A stretch of DNA of 43,931 nt, counting the filler, from Sphacelaria rigidula (lineage: Eukaryota), in assembly GCA_964200075.2 (NCBI GenBank). It is 2 parts of 2 records of this genome, joined end to end, with 100 filler letters (N's around TTAATTAATTAA, not from the genome) between each part and the next. Parts side by side here need not be neighbours in the genome. Positions count along the whole stretch, not along the records: positions 1 to 21,933 come from CAXNAA020000375.1; positions 22,034 to 43,931 come from CAXNAA020000376.1. One strand, given 5' to 3'. A program made the position numbers and the translations under genes. Positions within the stretch are counted from its first letter, which is position 1. The number at the start of each line of letters is the position of its first letter. The notes under the pieces were generated by a model. The model made no database searches, was not told where the DNA came from, and worked only from the letters and a program-made list of their open reading frames with translations. Shown piece after piece: positions 11,712 through 23,194 of this stretch.

Positions 11712-13115
11712 TTGATAATAGCAATAGAAGCAGCAAAGCAAGTAGTCAAGGTGGGGGAAGACACGGTATCGGGATTGGTGTTCGTGGACGATTTCGTGGT
11801 GATATCATGAACACCAGAAGGAATGCAAAAGCATGTAGAGAACCGCCCTAGAATACACTAGGAAATGAAGAATGACAGCAAACGCAAGCACATGCGCGGT
11901 ACTTGTATGTTACGAAGGTAAGAAAAACATGGTAGAGCTCAAATGGAAGTGGGGAAAAGAGGAACTGCCGATCGCAGCCCAGTATACATACCTTGGCATA
12001 GAGGTGAAAAATATGTTTTGGGGCGCACATATGAATAAAGTTATAGAAAAGGATAAGACACAGATTGGAAAGGTGGACGTGATCCTACGAGATTCACGTC
12101 TGGACACCATGACTGAGAGGTGTATTCTGATGAATGGGATTGTATCAAAGTTGGAATACGCAGGAGAAGTGTGGGAGGGGAAAGCGAAGTTGGTGAAGAA
12201 GTTGGAGACAATACAGATGACAGCAGCTAAGAAAGTACTTGGATGCTCAAAAGCGACGAGCAATATGGCATTGAGGGCAAAGTTGGGAATGTACCCGCTC
12301 AAAACAAATAGAGAAATGGAAAAATGTAAGTGGCAATATAACGGAAGGGGCATGACACGAAAGAGGTCACCCGCTATAGTTGATGGGGCTGTATTGAGCG
12401 AAGTTACGGAAGGACAGGCTAGGATAACGTGGGATAGCGTAGTCGAGAAAGTATAAAATGGCATAGGAGGAAACCAAGACGAGATGATGCCCGTAGATGA
12501 GTGTGGTGAGCACAAGACAAAAGTAAGAGACATTATAGAAATGAGGGGAAAAGAAGCGCTAAAACGGAAAGTAGACAAGGAAGGGCAACTGAAGATACAC
12601 AGGGGGTTGAAAGAGAGGATAGGAATGAAAACATATCTGCATGGCCCAATGGACTCCGCCTCAAGAATGAAACTGTAATTTCAGATGGGGGACGTGGACC
12701 TGCCAGGGAGATGGAGAGATATACCAGTAGTCGAGTGGAGAAGGACGTGGATGCACACAATCGCCCCTGTGGCAAGCAATAAAGAATAGAACGCACATAC
12801 TGGCAAAATGTGAACTATACAACGAGGATCGGGAAGTGTTCAAGGGGGAAATGTGGGAGGCAAGCGAAGATGGCACGTGATCGTTTGGTACATTAGACAG
12901 TAGTGAGAAAGTGTTCGCTAAACTAGGAGGTAGGGTGGCCACAGACGGCAAATCAGGAAGGGGATAGGATATGTAAAGGCTTTTGTGTACGTATGCGGGA
13001 AGCGTAATGAGCACCCAAATGTTGGAGGTGTCTCTATAAGGAGTAGGAATGGTGCTGTCTCCAAAGGGATACGCGGTCAATGGTAAATCAAGAAGGCAAT
13101 TCACAAATGAGTACG
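11712..13115 (+). mobile_element. 5'-truncated LINE (APE/RT, RTEX-like): RT C-terminal half and 3' end
   Basis: GEDTVSGLVFVDDFV (FADD motif), YTYLG, KLEYAGEVWEG; homologous to 34786-36240; degenerate. Confidence 0.88.
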
Positions 13116-13139
13116 TGCCCCCCTCCCCCATCGTAGCAC

Positions 13140-13333
13140 GGTAGGAGACGGGAAAACGGACGGTGAAACAGAAAGGGGGTAAGATATGTAAAGGTTTCTG
13201 TGTTATGTATGGAAGAAACGCAGTGAGCGCCCAAATGTTGAAGGTATCTGCATTAGGAGTGGGAACGGTGTCCCGTCTCAAAAAGGACGCGTGGTCAATG
13301 GTCGAACGACTAAGGCAAGCACAAATGAGTACG
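13140..13333 (+). mobile_element. Second short 3' fragment of the same LINE
   Basis: Diverged repeat of the last ~190 nt ending AAATGAGTACG; the C-tract plus CATCGTAGCA is duplicated on both sides (TSD-like). Confidence 0.75.
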
Positions 13334-13407
13334 CCACCTCCTCATCGTAGCATCACTCATGCGTTGAGCGCACAGCCATTGTTTTCTAATACTTCACCCA
13401 CCATGAC

Positions 13408-13600
13408 GCTTCGGGCCGAACAATCTTAGCAGGACGCAGCTCACCCTTCATGCGACTTGCCGAAGACACCACGGCGCTTCGCGCTTGGTAATTGAGTGCG
13501 AGCCTGTCCGTCGAAAACCCGGCATGCTCCGTCCCGGGTTTGTAGGAATGCGAAGTCAATGGTCTTATGACTATGGCATGCATGATCATAAGTACATCAT
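13408..13600 (+). mobile_element. SINE family B, 3' part
   Basis: Matches the reverse complement of 28556-28748; tail homologous to the LINE 3' end. Confidence 0.8.
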
Positions 13601-13884
13601 AAGTACACCATGTTGCTATGACCGTGCCTCATTGCTGCGATTTCCTATACACGTCTGTAAAACATGCAACAGCCTTTCTACAGAGCACTTACCCCGTTGG
13701 AGGAGCACCGCCTTTCTCATGGAAACATGTTAAAATAGCTGATCATCCCTGTCGACAAGTAGCACAAATTCCGATACCGACCCAACGGTGTGCCACTGCA
13801 CAACAGATGACGTGTGATGACAAAAAAAGACGCCCCTCCTTTCCTCTATCGTTTCTTGCCTTTGTGCAAAATTACGCTGCTAAG

Positions 13885-16393
13885 CTTCGCCATCGACTTG
13901 TTTCCTGAAATGGACCCGGACGCCATGGAAAATTTCTATATTCAGAACGTGAGTGAGTTATCCCGAATGGCGGGATTCACCCTTGATCTTGGAGGAACGA
14001 TAGTTGGGTGGAACAGAGCATTGACATGCAGTCTATATTTTTAAGCTGAAATGTGCCTCATGGGTTTGATACGGGGAGGCAGACTGTAGCGCAGGTGGTT
14101 GTCGGTGTCTACTGCACGAACGATTCACATGATATGCAATAGAACCAACTACGAACTCTAAACAGCGTGGCGCACAAGGATAGGGCACACGGCCATCGCC
14201 GAGTACCCACGATCCGATCGTTGTGCGAGCCTGACTGTATGTATCCTTAGACTGTGTACCTTTAGGCTGTACCCTTGGTTGCGAGTACTGTCCAGTCTGG
14301 GCTTTGTGTTCCCAAGCATGTATCATGTTCTTACAGGGTGGTCAACACACAACCTACAGTGGGAACGGCAATCACACTTCGTCCTCACAACATAGACCAA
14401 CAAGCTACCCATCAGTACCGTAAAAGTGGTAGAGACGGCTGCTACTACCTTTGCTGTATGCGCACGTAAGTGCAGTTCGTGTAGCAGAGCTTGGCGGTGG
14501 AAAGGCCGTACGCAATATCGTCTGCGGCTCGGCGCACCAAGCTAATAATCCGGTCAATTGACTTGGGACATCCCTGCGAGGCACTTCAGCACTGCCGGAG
14601 ACGACGTGTAACCCTCGCTTCTTGATGACAGCGGCGTGTAACTGGTGACATGTACACTCCGCCACGGACAAACTTTGGAAAGAGGGGTGCATCGACCTCA
14701 ATGCTAACGACCGAACAGATGACATCGAAACGTCGACCGGAACAAAACACGAGCGTCAAGAACACCATCGTTATGAAAGTAGTATATGGTGCTCTGGAGC
14801 AGATTCTGACAAAAGCGGTGTAAAGGTGTAAACGGGTACGTCTATCTTGTGACCACGTCTATCAATACAATGCATTACATTACAGAGTACAATACGTTCG
14901 TAAACGATCATTTTCTGTTGAGGTGTGACGACGATAAACCAATGAGATGAACCGCGCATAGATGCAATCCAGCCGGACGCCAAACATCCCACACGGTCGG
15001 GAACCATCGCCAGTGATGGCCAACACTGTGTGTTGCCATGAGAACATTAATGCTGCATGCCGATGATTCGTTTTCACTAGCGGTGGGTGTGCATCGATGT
15101 GAAGAGGCTGCATGCAGTGCCAAGGTCGCGGCTGATATCGCAACTTTGTTGGTTCAACACGGTATTTACGTGCAACTGCGGTTCGCCATTTCCCTAATTT
15201 GTCAAACGGGCATCATTTTACACATTTCATGCCAACCGCCGCCGACGCGCGGCAATCAACAAAAGCGACGGACAAGCAAGTAAGATGATTTAACATGTTG
15301 TGATTGTTGATTGTGGGACATGCGTATGACTAAATATGACCGAACTTCTCCTTGTGACATCAGGTGTCGCGCAATCAACGCAAAAGATTTCACGCTAACT
15401 CGATCGTCTATCAATGCTAATTCCTCCTTCAATACTCGATCAGGTAGAGCGGCAGCAGCAAGCAAGAAACGCCCTTTTCTCCAGTTTAGATCGTGAGGCG
15501 GAGGAGGGCACATCTGATTCCGCCGCACTAGCGCCTGACTTGATGACCAACAACGCAAATCATCTGCTTCGATTAGCGCAAGATCGTGAGCGTCTGATTT
15601 TGAAACACCGTATACTTTCACGAAAGTGTACCCTGCCACAGAGGAAGCGTACTCTCTTGCGAATGCGAATGCGAATTGTTTTGCTCTCTTGTTTACGAGC
15701 ACATACAAGATTGATGTTCTTCATACCACCTTCATATACTGTGTTTTTTTGCGGAAGTACCGTTGTGCGTGCTGTGGTTGTACGCTCACACGGACCACAC
15801 TGAGGACGGCGCTATACATCCGGACTGTTTCTCCCGTCGCTAACAAATGGTCGATCACACCTTGGCCACGTTGCTCTGACCGTCGCGTGTTGACGTTCCG
15901 TTGCACGGTACATGTATCTGGCGACTTCGCAACTGTTTATTTCTCGGTTAACCCTCTTATCAAACGATGCACGTTCGTTGAACTGATTTCGTATTTCGGT
16001 TTCGAAAATATGGCCCGGCGGACACGTACGTGCATGGCCTGTGCGGACAGCAAGCACATGGACATTCGACCGTCGTGCGACTGCAAATGCTATTATTCTG
16101 ATGCTTCATGTTTCGAGCACACATCGCCTATGACTCGTTTTTGGAAGAGCATAGGTACATAAGTACATAGGTACATAGGTACACAGGTACATAGGTACAT
16201 AGATACATAGGTACATTGAGACTCGCGACAGTTCAGTGGACCCATACCAATACTTTCTCCATGTGTTTGATGTCAAGCAGTACCAAACATGGAGGAGGAC
16301 GCGCTCGAGATGGAAGCATATGCTGAACTCGACCGTCGTTGGGAGCAAAGCTACGGTGGCCAGATTGCGGTACTCGGTAGCAGCGAACTTGAG
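13885..16393 (+). CDS. Partial multi-exon gene of unknown function (exons ~13885/13910-13948, 14396-14465, 16281-16393)
   Basis: AG/GT borders (gtgagt, gtaagt, gtgaat) join in frame: MDPDAMENFYIQN|TNKLPISTVKVVETAATTFAVCA|LPNMEEDALEMEAYAELDRRWEQSYGGQIAVLGSSELE. Start and end unresolved. Confidence 0.4.
16150..16216. repeat. (CATAGGTA)n octamer minisatellite
   Basis: About 8 slightly variant copies. Confidence 0.85.
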
Positions 16394-17329
16394 GTGAATA
16401 TACCCCATACAGTATTGTCGGGGAGTATGCGTCTCGGTCAGTCAGCGCCATGTGTTATATTTTACGTCAAAAGAGGGAATCATACTTTGAGTTCATGTCC
16501 ACCTTTGGAATGACCGGCCAGCACAACTCATTAGATGAGAGACCTTTGATTTTAACAATAAATAGGTCGTGTTCGCGCTGTTAAAGTAGTTGTCTTCTAC
16601 ACCCTACCCGAGCATGTCACCCCAAGGGCTGACACATACAACTGGCATAGGTGAACAACCGGTAAATTGATACCTCGAGTCGTCTGTTGCAACCCTTCAC
16701 GCTCTGATGGGGTCGTCAACGTGTATGATCAACATTGATCTGTTGTGCACATACATTGTATATACCGGAGAGCATCGCAATAACTTCCTGGTATGTTACA
16801 TACATCCTCTCAACCCCAGCAGGGCGTATGGGGTTTCAATACGCATCCCAAGCTACTACTCTAGCCACCTGTGCAGGCCCCAAGATGTCGGTAAATCCCA
16901 AAGGTTCAGCGGGAGCAGCAGGCGCGAGGGGTGTACTCATGACAAGCCCAGGAGGGGGTTGAGGGAGGAACACTTATGATCTCATTTTGATACACGTGGC
17001 AACTGGCACTCCATGCACCCAGTATTTTTCAGCTTGTCGGTCAAAGTTGACTGACAGCAGGGTGAATCGGTACACGTTGGGGCGGGTATCGTAACGTGTC
17101 GGTCGTGCACAATCACGCAACCTCCGTCGCATGAAGTTGAGCAACACCATATTTCTCACTTCTACATGATTGATGTTCGAACACACCACATAGAAATATT
17201 TCCGTGGCACGGCACAAAGGAACGGCTGCGGTTTGAAAAACATTTCACCAACAAGGAGGCTCTTGACTAGATTTCCCAGGAGCCATCGCCGGAACTTCAC
17301 AATCCGTGTTTTTGCCGAGCACTCGACAG

Positions 17330-17686
17330 CCGGTCGCCCCGGTTCCTCAGTTGGTAACCTCGAAACCCCCTGACGGTTGGGTCGTGGGTTCGAATCTCGG
17401 TGCAGTCACGCGATCTCGGATTTTTTCTCTCACCCTGTCCAACAGTGTAGAGCGAATATGTCGTGGGTATGCAAAGTTCGACTTCACGGTCGATACGGGA
17501 AAGTGGCGGCTGAAGCCCTCTCGCGATAAAAATAAGGAAAGCACCCCAGAAGAAAGGTCGAGAACTAACACGGAAGAAAAAAGAAAAACCCTGTGTTGGC
17601 CTTCCTCCTGTGTGACCCCGGCTGATGCACCCACATATACCGAAAGGTGTAAACTGGCGTCCAGAATAGATGGGATGACAACACAC
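17330..17686 (+). mobile_element. tRNA-derived SINE family A, near full length
   Basis: CCGGTCGCCCCGGTTCCTCAGTTGG...GGTTCGAATCTC head; tail ...CCAGAATAGATGGGATGACAACACAC. Confidence 0.85.
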
Positions 17687-18129
17687 TCAGCACGGTCATA
17701 CGCGGTTCATTTTTCGACAGATCATGGTTGGCAGAACCATGCATCTAGTATATGTATGTGAACACCGTAACACTTGAAGTTCTTGATCAGCTTATTCGAG
17801 ACGTCAGATGCGTCGGATAACATGCGCTTCGGTGTCCTGGAATGTGAACTGCCGTAGCCATGTGATGTGCCCGTAAGGATGACACGTTTCGAGCCCATCT
17901 TCGTATCTACAAGACTCTCACAACACTTATGTCACCTGGACATTGGACAATGCCTGAGAATATCTATTGCACGAGGTGTTGGGCGAGATGGGGTTTGCGT
18001 GCAATATATCGCAGGTTGGGGTAGTGCTGCACAGGTAGAGGCAAAATCACAAGTTCCCGACTTTCCCCGAGGCGATCCTCCGACCACGCGTGGGAATGTG
18101 CCGCATATTTTCAGATTTTTTTTATTCCA

Positions 18130-19565
18130 GAACAGCGCAACGCATCGTCAGCGAGCTCGTGCGGAGCAAATTGGGAGCTACCAAAGATGACCTCTCTTAC
18201 AACTTTTCCGACAGACTCTTGATGTCCACAGAGATGTTGATACTCTGTCCGACCCGATAGTATCTCGTGCAAGGTGGTTCGAGGACTGCGATCCGAGTCG
18301 AGTTCGAGCGTACCTTAAGTGGGGAAGGGACGGTCACGACGGCGATGCCGGCAGGATCGAGAGATGGCCAAGCCTGGCACACGTCGTAAAAAGTGTGAGA
18401 ATTGGGACCCGAGGAGATTATCACAGTCGGGTTGAACGGGTATTTGGACGCGTATACGAGGGAGCTGGTGGGAAAAAATGAGAAGTAGGGATATGTGGGG
18501 CTGGTACGGGGTATCTACAAGGAAAGATCGCACCGGGAGAAAATAAAACTAGAGAACGAACAGCTTGTTGAGGATGAAGCGGGAAAACTGCTACGGTACG
18601 GCATGATGGGTTAGACTCTTTGGAAATGGAAACGACATTTCTTTGCTTAGGTGAATCAAATGTCAGTCATTTTCGACCCAACTATCATGGACAATTTCAC
18701 ACCAATCAATGCTGAAGCTACGTCGTCTGGAGACTTGTTAACCCTGTGAAGCGGAAGGGGCACCGAGACTGACGATACAGCCACGGAACCTGCTGAACTC
18801 TCAAACTTAGATTGATCGGGGTGTCTTCAACATCCCTGTGCTTGTTTCGCAGCATCATCAGTATTGACTGGGTTTCTGGTGAGGTGCCGCAGGAGTTTAA
18901 GGAGGCCATTATCCAAGTGCTACACGAAAGAAGGATAGGACCAAATGCGAAAACTGTACGTGTTACTTGCTCATGGAATATGCTGGTACAGTGCAACACA
19001 AAAAATGCTGCCAACAGGCCCTAAAGCTTCTGCAAGGAGCCATGGAATATCCAGGAAATCAGTGTTGGTTCTGGCGCTAACGATCGACTACCGACACCAT
19101 GTTCTCCGGCTGCTGACACCCGAAGTTGGGACCGACGAGAAATAGCCCGTTGGATATGTGCTTGTCGACCTGCAGAAAGCCTACGAACCCGTCAGCCGTA
19201 CGCTCCCGTGAGAATCGCTCATCCGCTTTGGAGTCTCGCCGCAGATGATCAAGATTATTCGTACGTTCCACACCGTCATAGGAACTCGGGGACAGGTGGA
19301 TGAGAGGAACTATCATATTGGGGTGACCAAACATTTGCCAGATCCCCAGGCAGGGATACTCTATATTCCCGCTCCTCTTTAAATTCTTCTTCGCAACAGT
19401 GGTGACGTGGCTTCGTGCGGTAGACTGTGGCTATTGATTTATATTTGTTTTATCTGGATAATGGGTCGCAGAATAAGGACCCCAGGAATGGGCGCCGGTG
19501 GGGAAGGTACAGCACCCGGAGCGGGGAATGCAGTACGTAGATAACGCAGGCTTAGCCTCGAGGCG
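18130..19565 (+). mobile_element. RTE-clade LINE, degenerate (linker plus RT N-terminal part)
   Basis: EQLVEDEAGKLLR; SGEVPQEFKEAIIQVLH; CLSTCRKPT/DLQKAY-like; RFGVSPQMIKII; RQG..FPLLF; GMQYVDNAG (YADD-like). Confidence 0.8.
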
Positions 19566-19574
19566 CTTCATGCA

Positions 19575-20740
19575 GTCTGAAACCAACTATCGTGCATTGT
19601 ATAGTCATTTTTTTCATGACAGTTCTAGAGCTGGTTTGACGGGGTGAGCTATCGCGGCATCACGCAAATGAAAAGGTGTCACATGAGGCTAGGTTAAGCA
19701 AAGTAATGTTCGTTGGAGCGTAGACTACGTGGTGGTTTTCAGAAGTTGCGTTTGGGAGACGAAAGGCTACACTAGTGTTTGGAGTCTAATGGGGTATGAA
19801 ACTGTCGTTGTCGGATTGGGCGAGTTAACGTACTGCTCGTTGGAGTCTACACTGCGCAGTGCGTGAGTTGTTAATACGCAAGGTTTGGCAAAACGAGTCC
19901 CAGGTTCGAGTAAGAACGTGATAAAGTGTGATACTGCACCGTTGTTCTTGAGGGTTCGTCAAATAAAATGATGCTCGTGAAAAGCGTAAGATCTGTGGTC
20001 AATCTCGTGTGCTGATGATGCTGCGTTGTGACGTATGTCCAGTGATAGTAGGTTTATGTGATGCAACTACGGAAACAAATCACCTCATTCATTTGCTGGA
20101 GATGGTCGAGCGTATGCGTTTGAAGCAAGATCGATGTCAAAAGAGCGTATATGGGGGGTTTACTGGTGATATCCACCATAAAGACTATGTCAGGACATAA
20201 TGATCATCGTATAAATGTTATGACGGCACTTGTCTGTGCTGTACAGCTCGATGAGGAGGCAGCTGTAGTTGATGCTCAACGTTCTCACTTTCCTTCCTGA
20301 AACGGTAATACTGGGGAGGGACTGGATCTGCGTTCAGATATCTCGACCTTCAGATCTAAAATGTTCCGGTGTAGGAAGGGAGTGTGGTGTCGCGTCACCT
20401 GTTTTGGTCGTTTTTGAGTAGCGAGTGTTCGATCATTGTTTAGGGGCTTGATACAAATATCGGAGCTAGGAGGGACAGCTATGATGATTGTTTAACCAGG
20501 CCAAGCGCGTAACGATGAGACTTCAATCAGAATCGTTGAGCAGGGAGAGAGCAGTCAAAAAAAGGAGGTCGGTAGCTGCGGCTAGTGCGACTTTTTGCGC
20601 ATCAGTTGAAAAACGGTTTGGACCTTCAAATGAGGTATATTTGGTTATTGAGTACGTCGGTCGGAAGATTGCGGAGATAAATTTCTTCGGTTGACTGAGA
20701 TCTGCTGGGTTCCAGAAAGTAAGACACGCAGTGTTTGTTC
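19575..20740 (-). mobile_element. Probable Penelope-like RT remnant inserted in the RTE
   Basis: Splits the RTE just after its YADD-like motif. Minus-strand remnants: YRFQEG..SINYSCL..Y-DDHYV, MVDIT, SHKPT..RSIIST..RTLKNNG, VAFRLPN. Heavily decayed. Confidence 0.4.
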
Positions 20741-20779
20741 ATTGAAATTTTCATGTACACATATTGTGCACTTGTGTGT

Positions 20780-21720
20780 GGCGCAGGATGGTTGTGGGAG
20801 CCGTTTTTTTGTGGAGTCCGTGTGCAGGATTGCACAGCATGTTTGTTTTTGATAATTGGAAACTGCGGAGAATACAAGGCAACAGAATACGGGGTGTCAC
20901 AGTTTACAGTACATCACATCGAGGCGGCCGACCAACGGTACAAACAGACGGCCGGTTCAGTACACCCTGTTGGTGCTATCAGCGAAGATGCGGACAGGTC
21001 CATTGGAATCACTCGCCGCATTTGCGGGCGCATGGACACGCCTCAGAAAGTATCGCTGCAAAATCTACGATTGACCGAATGCTCAACGTGGGGGTAACGG
21101 AAGCTATGCTATATGGACCGTCTACGTAGATTACACACAGAGTACTACGGGGTCGGTGCACTGCGCGCCACATGGTTATTGCTGGGAGTATAGCAAGTGA
21201 AACCCATTCGCGCAAGTGGCTGGCTTACGCGAGAAGGGTTTCACTTGCTGCAAGATCCTCTCGCATGGAGATGTGCTTGAGATGGCTATATAAAAAGGTG
21301 CCGGTGCGAAGGTCCGCAAGTACCAACTCTGGTTTGAGTTTTTTTTTTCTCTGGCACGACGAAATACGTTCCCCTGCTCCCGGAGCGCATCATCTTCGTT
21401 CGGTTACTGCTCCCAAAGAAACTGTGTGATCTAAGGGCGATCCCTCGGAATGGGAAACGGAAGGAGTGGTTCGTGGACGACGTTGAGGTCAAAGTCTCGC
21501 AATATTAAAATAGTACCGTCAAAAATGTCAAGGAATGACACCTGGAGGTCGAGAACGGGGTGGAGGAATTCGAGAAAGCATGGCTGCGTGAAAATCTTCG
21601 CCAAGCTGACCTATGGTACAAGTACCAGGCGGCTACTGCACGGAGAGCCGCCAGAAAGGGGAGGAGCGCCACTGCTAGAACACCGACGACATCGTAGCTC
21701 GCGAGAAATCAATGATGAAC
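20780..21720 (+). mobile_element. RTE-clade LINE, C-terminal continuation
   Basis: IEAADQRYKQT..GAISEDAD..ITRRI; EAMLYG; C-terminal RTE-like motifs; frameshifted. Confidence 0.8.
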
Positions 21721-21782
21721 ATGACGACCATAGAGGCCGACTTTGTCGCGCTGACTAGAGTATGAGGGTATGTGTGGAGGGA

Positions 21783-21849
21783 CGTACTCATTTGTTGCTT
21801 ACCTTGTTCATCTGGCCACTGACAACGCGTCCCTTTCGAGACAGAGCGG

Positions 21850-21850
<1 letters not shown>
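21783..21850 (-). mobile_element. Very short 3' end of the RTEX-like LINE
   Basis: Reverse complement ...GAAAGGGACGCGTTGTCAGTGGCCAGATG...AAGCAACAAATGAGTACG. Confidence 0.7.
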
Positions 21851-21882
<32 letters not shown>

Positions 21883-22254
21883 CATGATCATGCATGCCGT
21901 AGTCATCCGACCATTAACCTCGCATCCCTACAANNNNNNNNNNNNNNNNNNNNNNNNNNNNNNNNNNNNNNNNNNNNTTAATTAATTAANNNNNNNNNNN
22001 NNNNNNNNNNNNNNNNNNNNNNNNNNNNNNNNNCCCCGGTACGCGCCTTTCATTTTGGACTCGCGGATTGGGTCAGCACTCCCGCACCGCGTCAACTCAC
22101 GACACACAAACCCTATCGACTACTTTGTTTACTCGCGTTCTCACGCTTTCCACGGTGGAAATCATACATCAGGAAGATAAAACCCAACGCGAGGTGGATC
22201 GAACCCCGTTCTCTCCACCCTAATGGCGACAGCCGGACCATTACATCACCGGGG
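21851..22254 (-). mobile_element. SINE family B (head and (CA)n tail) spanning an assembly gap
   Basis: Head, reverse complement CCCGGTGATGTAATGG...GGTTCGATCC, lies right of the gap; LINE-like tail plus (CA)n lies left of it; same orientation. Confidence 0.7.
21934..22032. other. Assembly gap with artificial TTAATTAATTAA spacer
   Basis: N-run with a central all-frame-stop 12-mer at 21978-21989. Confidence 0.9.
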
Positions 22255-22830
22255 TGTATGTATGTTTATGTATGTATATGTCTGTAGCTTTTGAATACTT
22301 ACTCAACGATTCGGTGCAGCGCACAATATAAGGAGAAGAAGAAATACAAGCAGACGTCAATTTCACACTACGTAGCATTATTTTATATTCATTCATCCGA
22401 CACTGAAGCCTTCTTAAAGGAACCAACACATGGCCAGCCCTCTGACCGGCCAGGGGTGGTAATCTGTTGTTGAGTGGGCATCGTTTTCACTTGGAGAATG
22501 AGTGTTCAACTGAGGCGTACATCTGCGGACGCTTTGATGGTTGACCCTCCACGAACCAAAGCGCACCCAACCGTGTGCGAAGACGGATTGTTTTGTTGTT
22601 ACTTGATCCGTACGTTCCGTACGGTTAAGCAGTCGCGCCACGTGTATTTTTATATCGCTCAGTATTGATCCCGAAAATTAATTCTGTTGTACATCTTTTC
22701 TCAAGCTTTTATCAACCCTACCTATATACAGTAGACTGTGTCCCCCAAACGGTGACATGCCCAGACACACGCAGTGATACGTAGAATACACCTTTTCTAC
22801 ACTGCAAGTGTTCGGATACAACGCCCGTCA

Positions 22831-23194
22831 GAGTCATCCTACGATAGGGGGGGGGGAAGGGGAGGGGGTATTTCGGGTCATTTCTTGCACGAAATTCCAA
22901 GGCAACTTGTCATTGAAAGTAGCAACGGTTGTTTGAACAAGCTTGTTATAGATGGTCAACGCTCATCCATACTGCTTGATGCCGTTTTTAATCAAATGCA
23001 AGCGCACCGCGAGTGTGGCAGGTCGTCTGACACAGCTATGGGCCTCTCTTTTTCGTGTAATCAAATACCCCGCCGAGTACCCCCCCCCCCCCCCCCTCGG
23101 TGCTCCGGAAGGGGGGGGGGGGGAAAGTGCAAAAACCCAAGGCAAGAAAAAAAGAGGGCCCCCCCCCCCCCCCCCCCCTATCGTAGGATGACTC
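22831..23194. mobile_element. GAG-terminal MITE copy
   Basis: TIR GAGTCATCCTACGATAGGGG / CCCCTATCGTAGGATGACTC; body homologous to the other copies; poly-G/C tracts. Confidence 0.75.

Larger units (their letters stand above)
11476..13358. mobile_element. GAG-terminal MITE (Sola2-like) carrying two nested LINE insertions
   Basis: Perfect 15-bp TIR GAGTGATGCTACGAT (11476-11490) / ATCGTAGCATCACTC (13344-13358); ATGC on both flanks (4-bp TSD). Body 11490-11710 is homologous to the copies at 22831, 28528 and 33790. Confidence 0.75.

Noticed and set aside
21978..21989. TTAATTAATTAA palindrome
   Set aside because: Centred in an N-run; typical artificial scaffolding spacer
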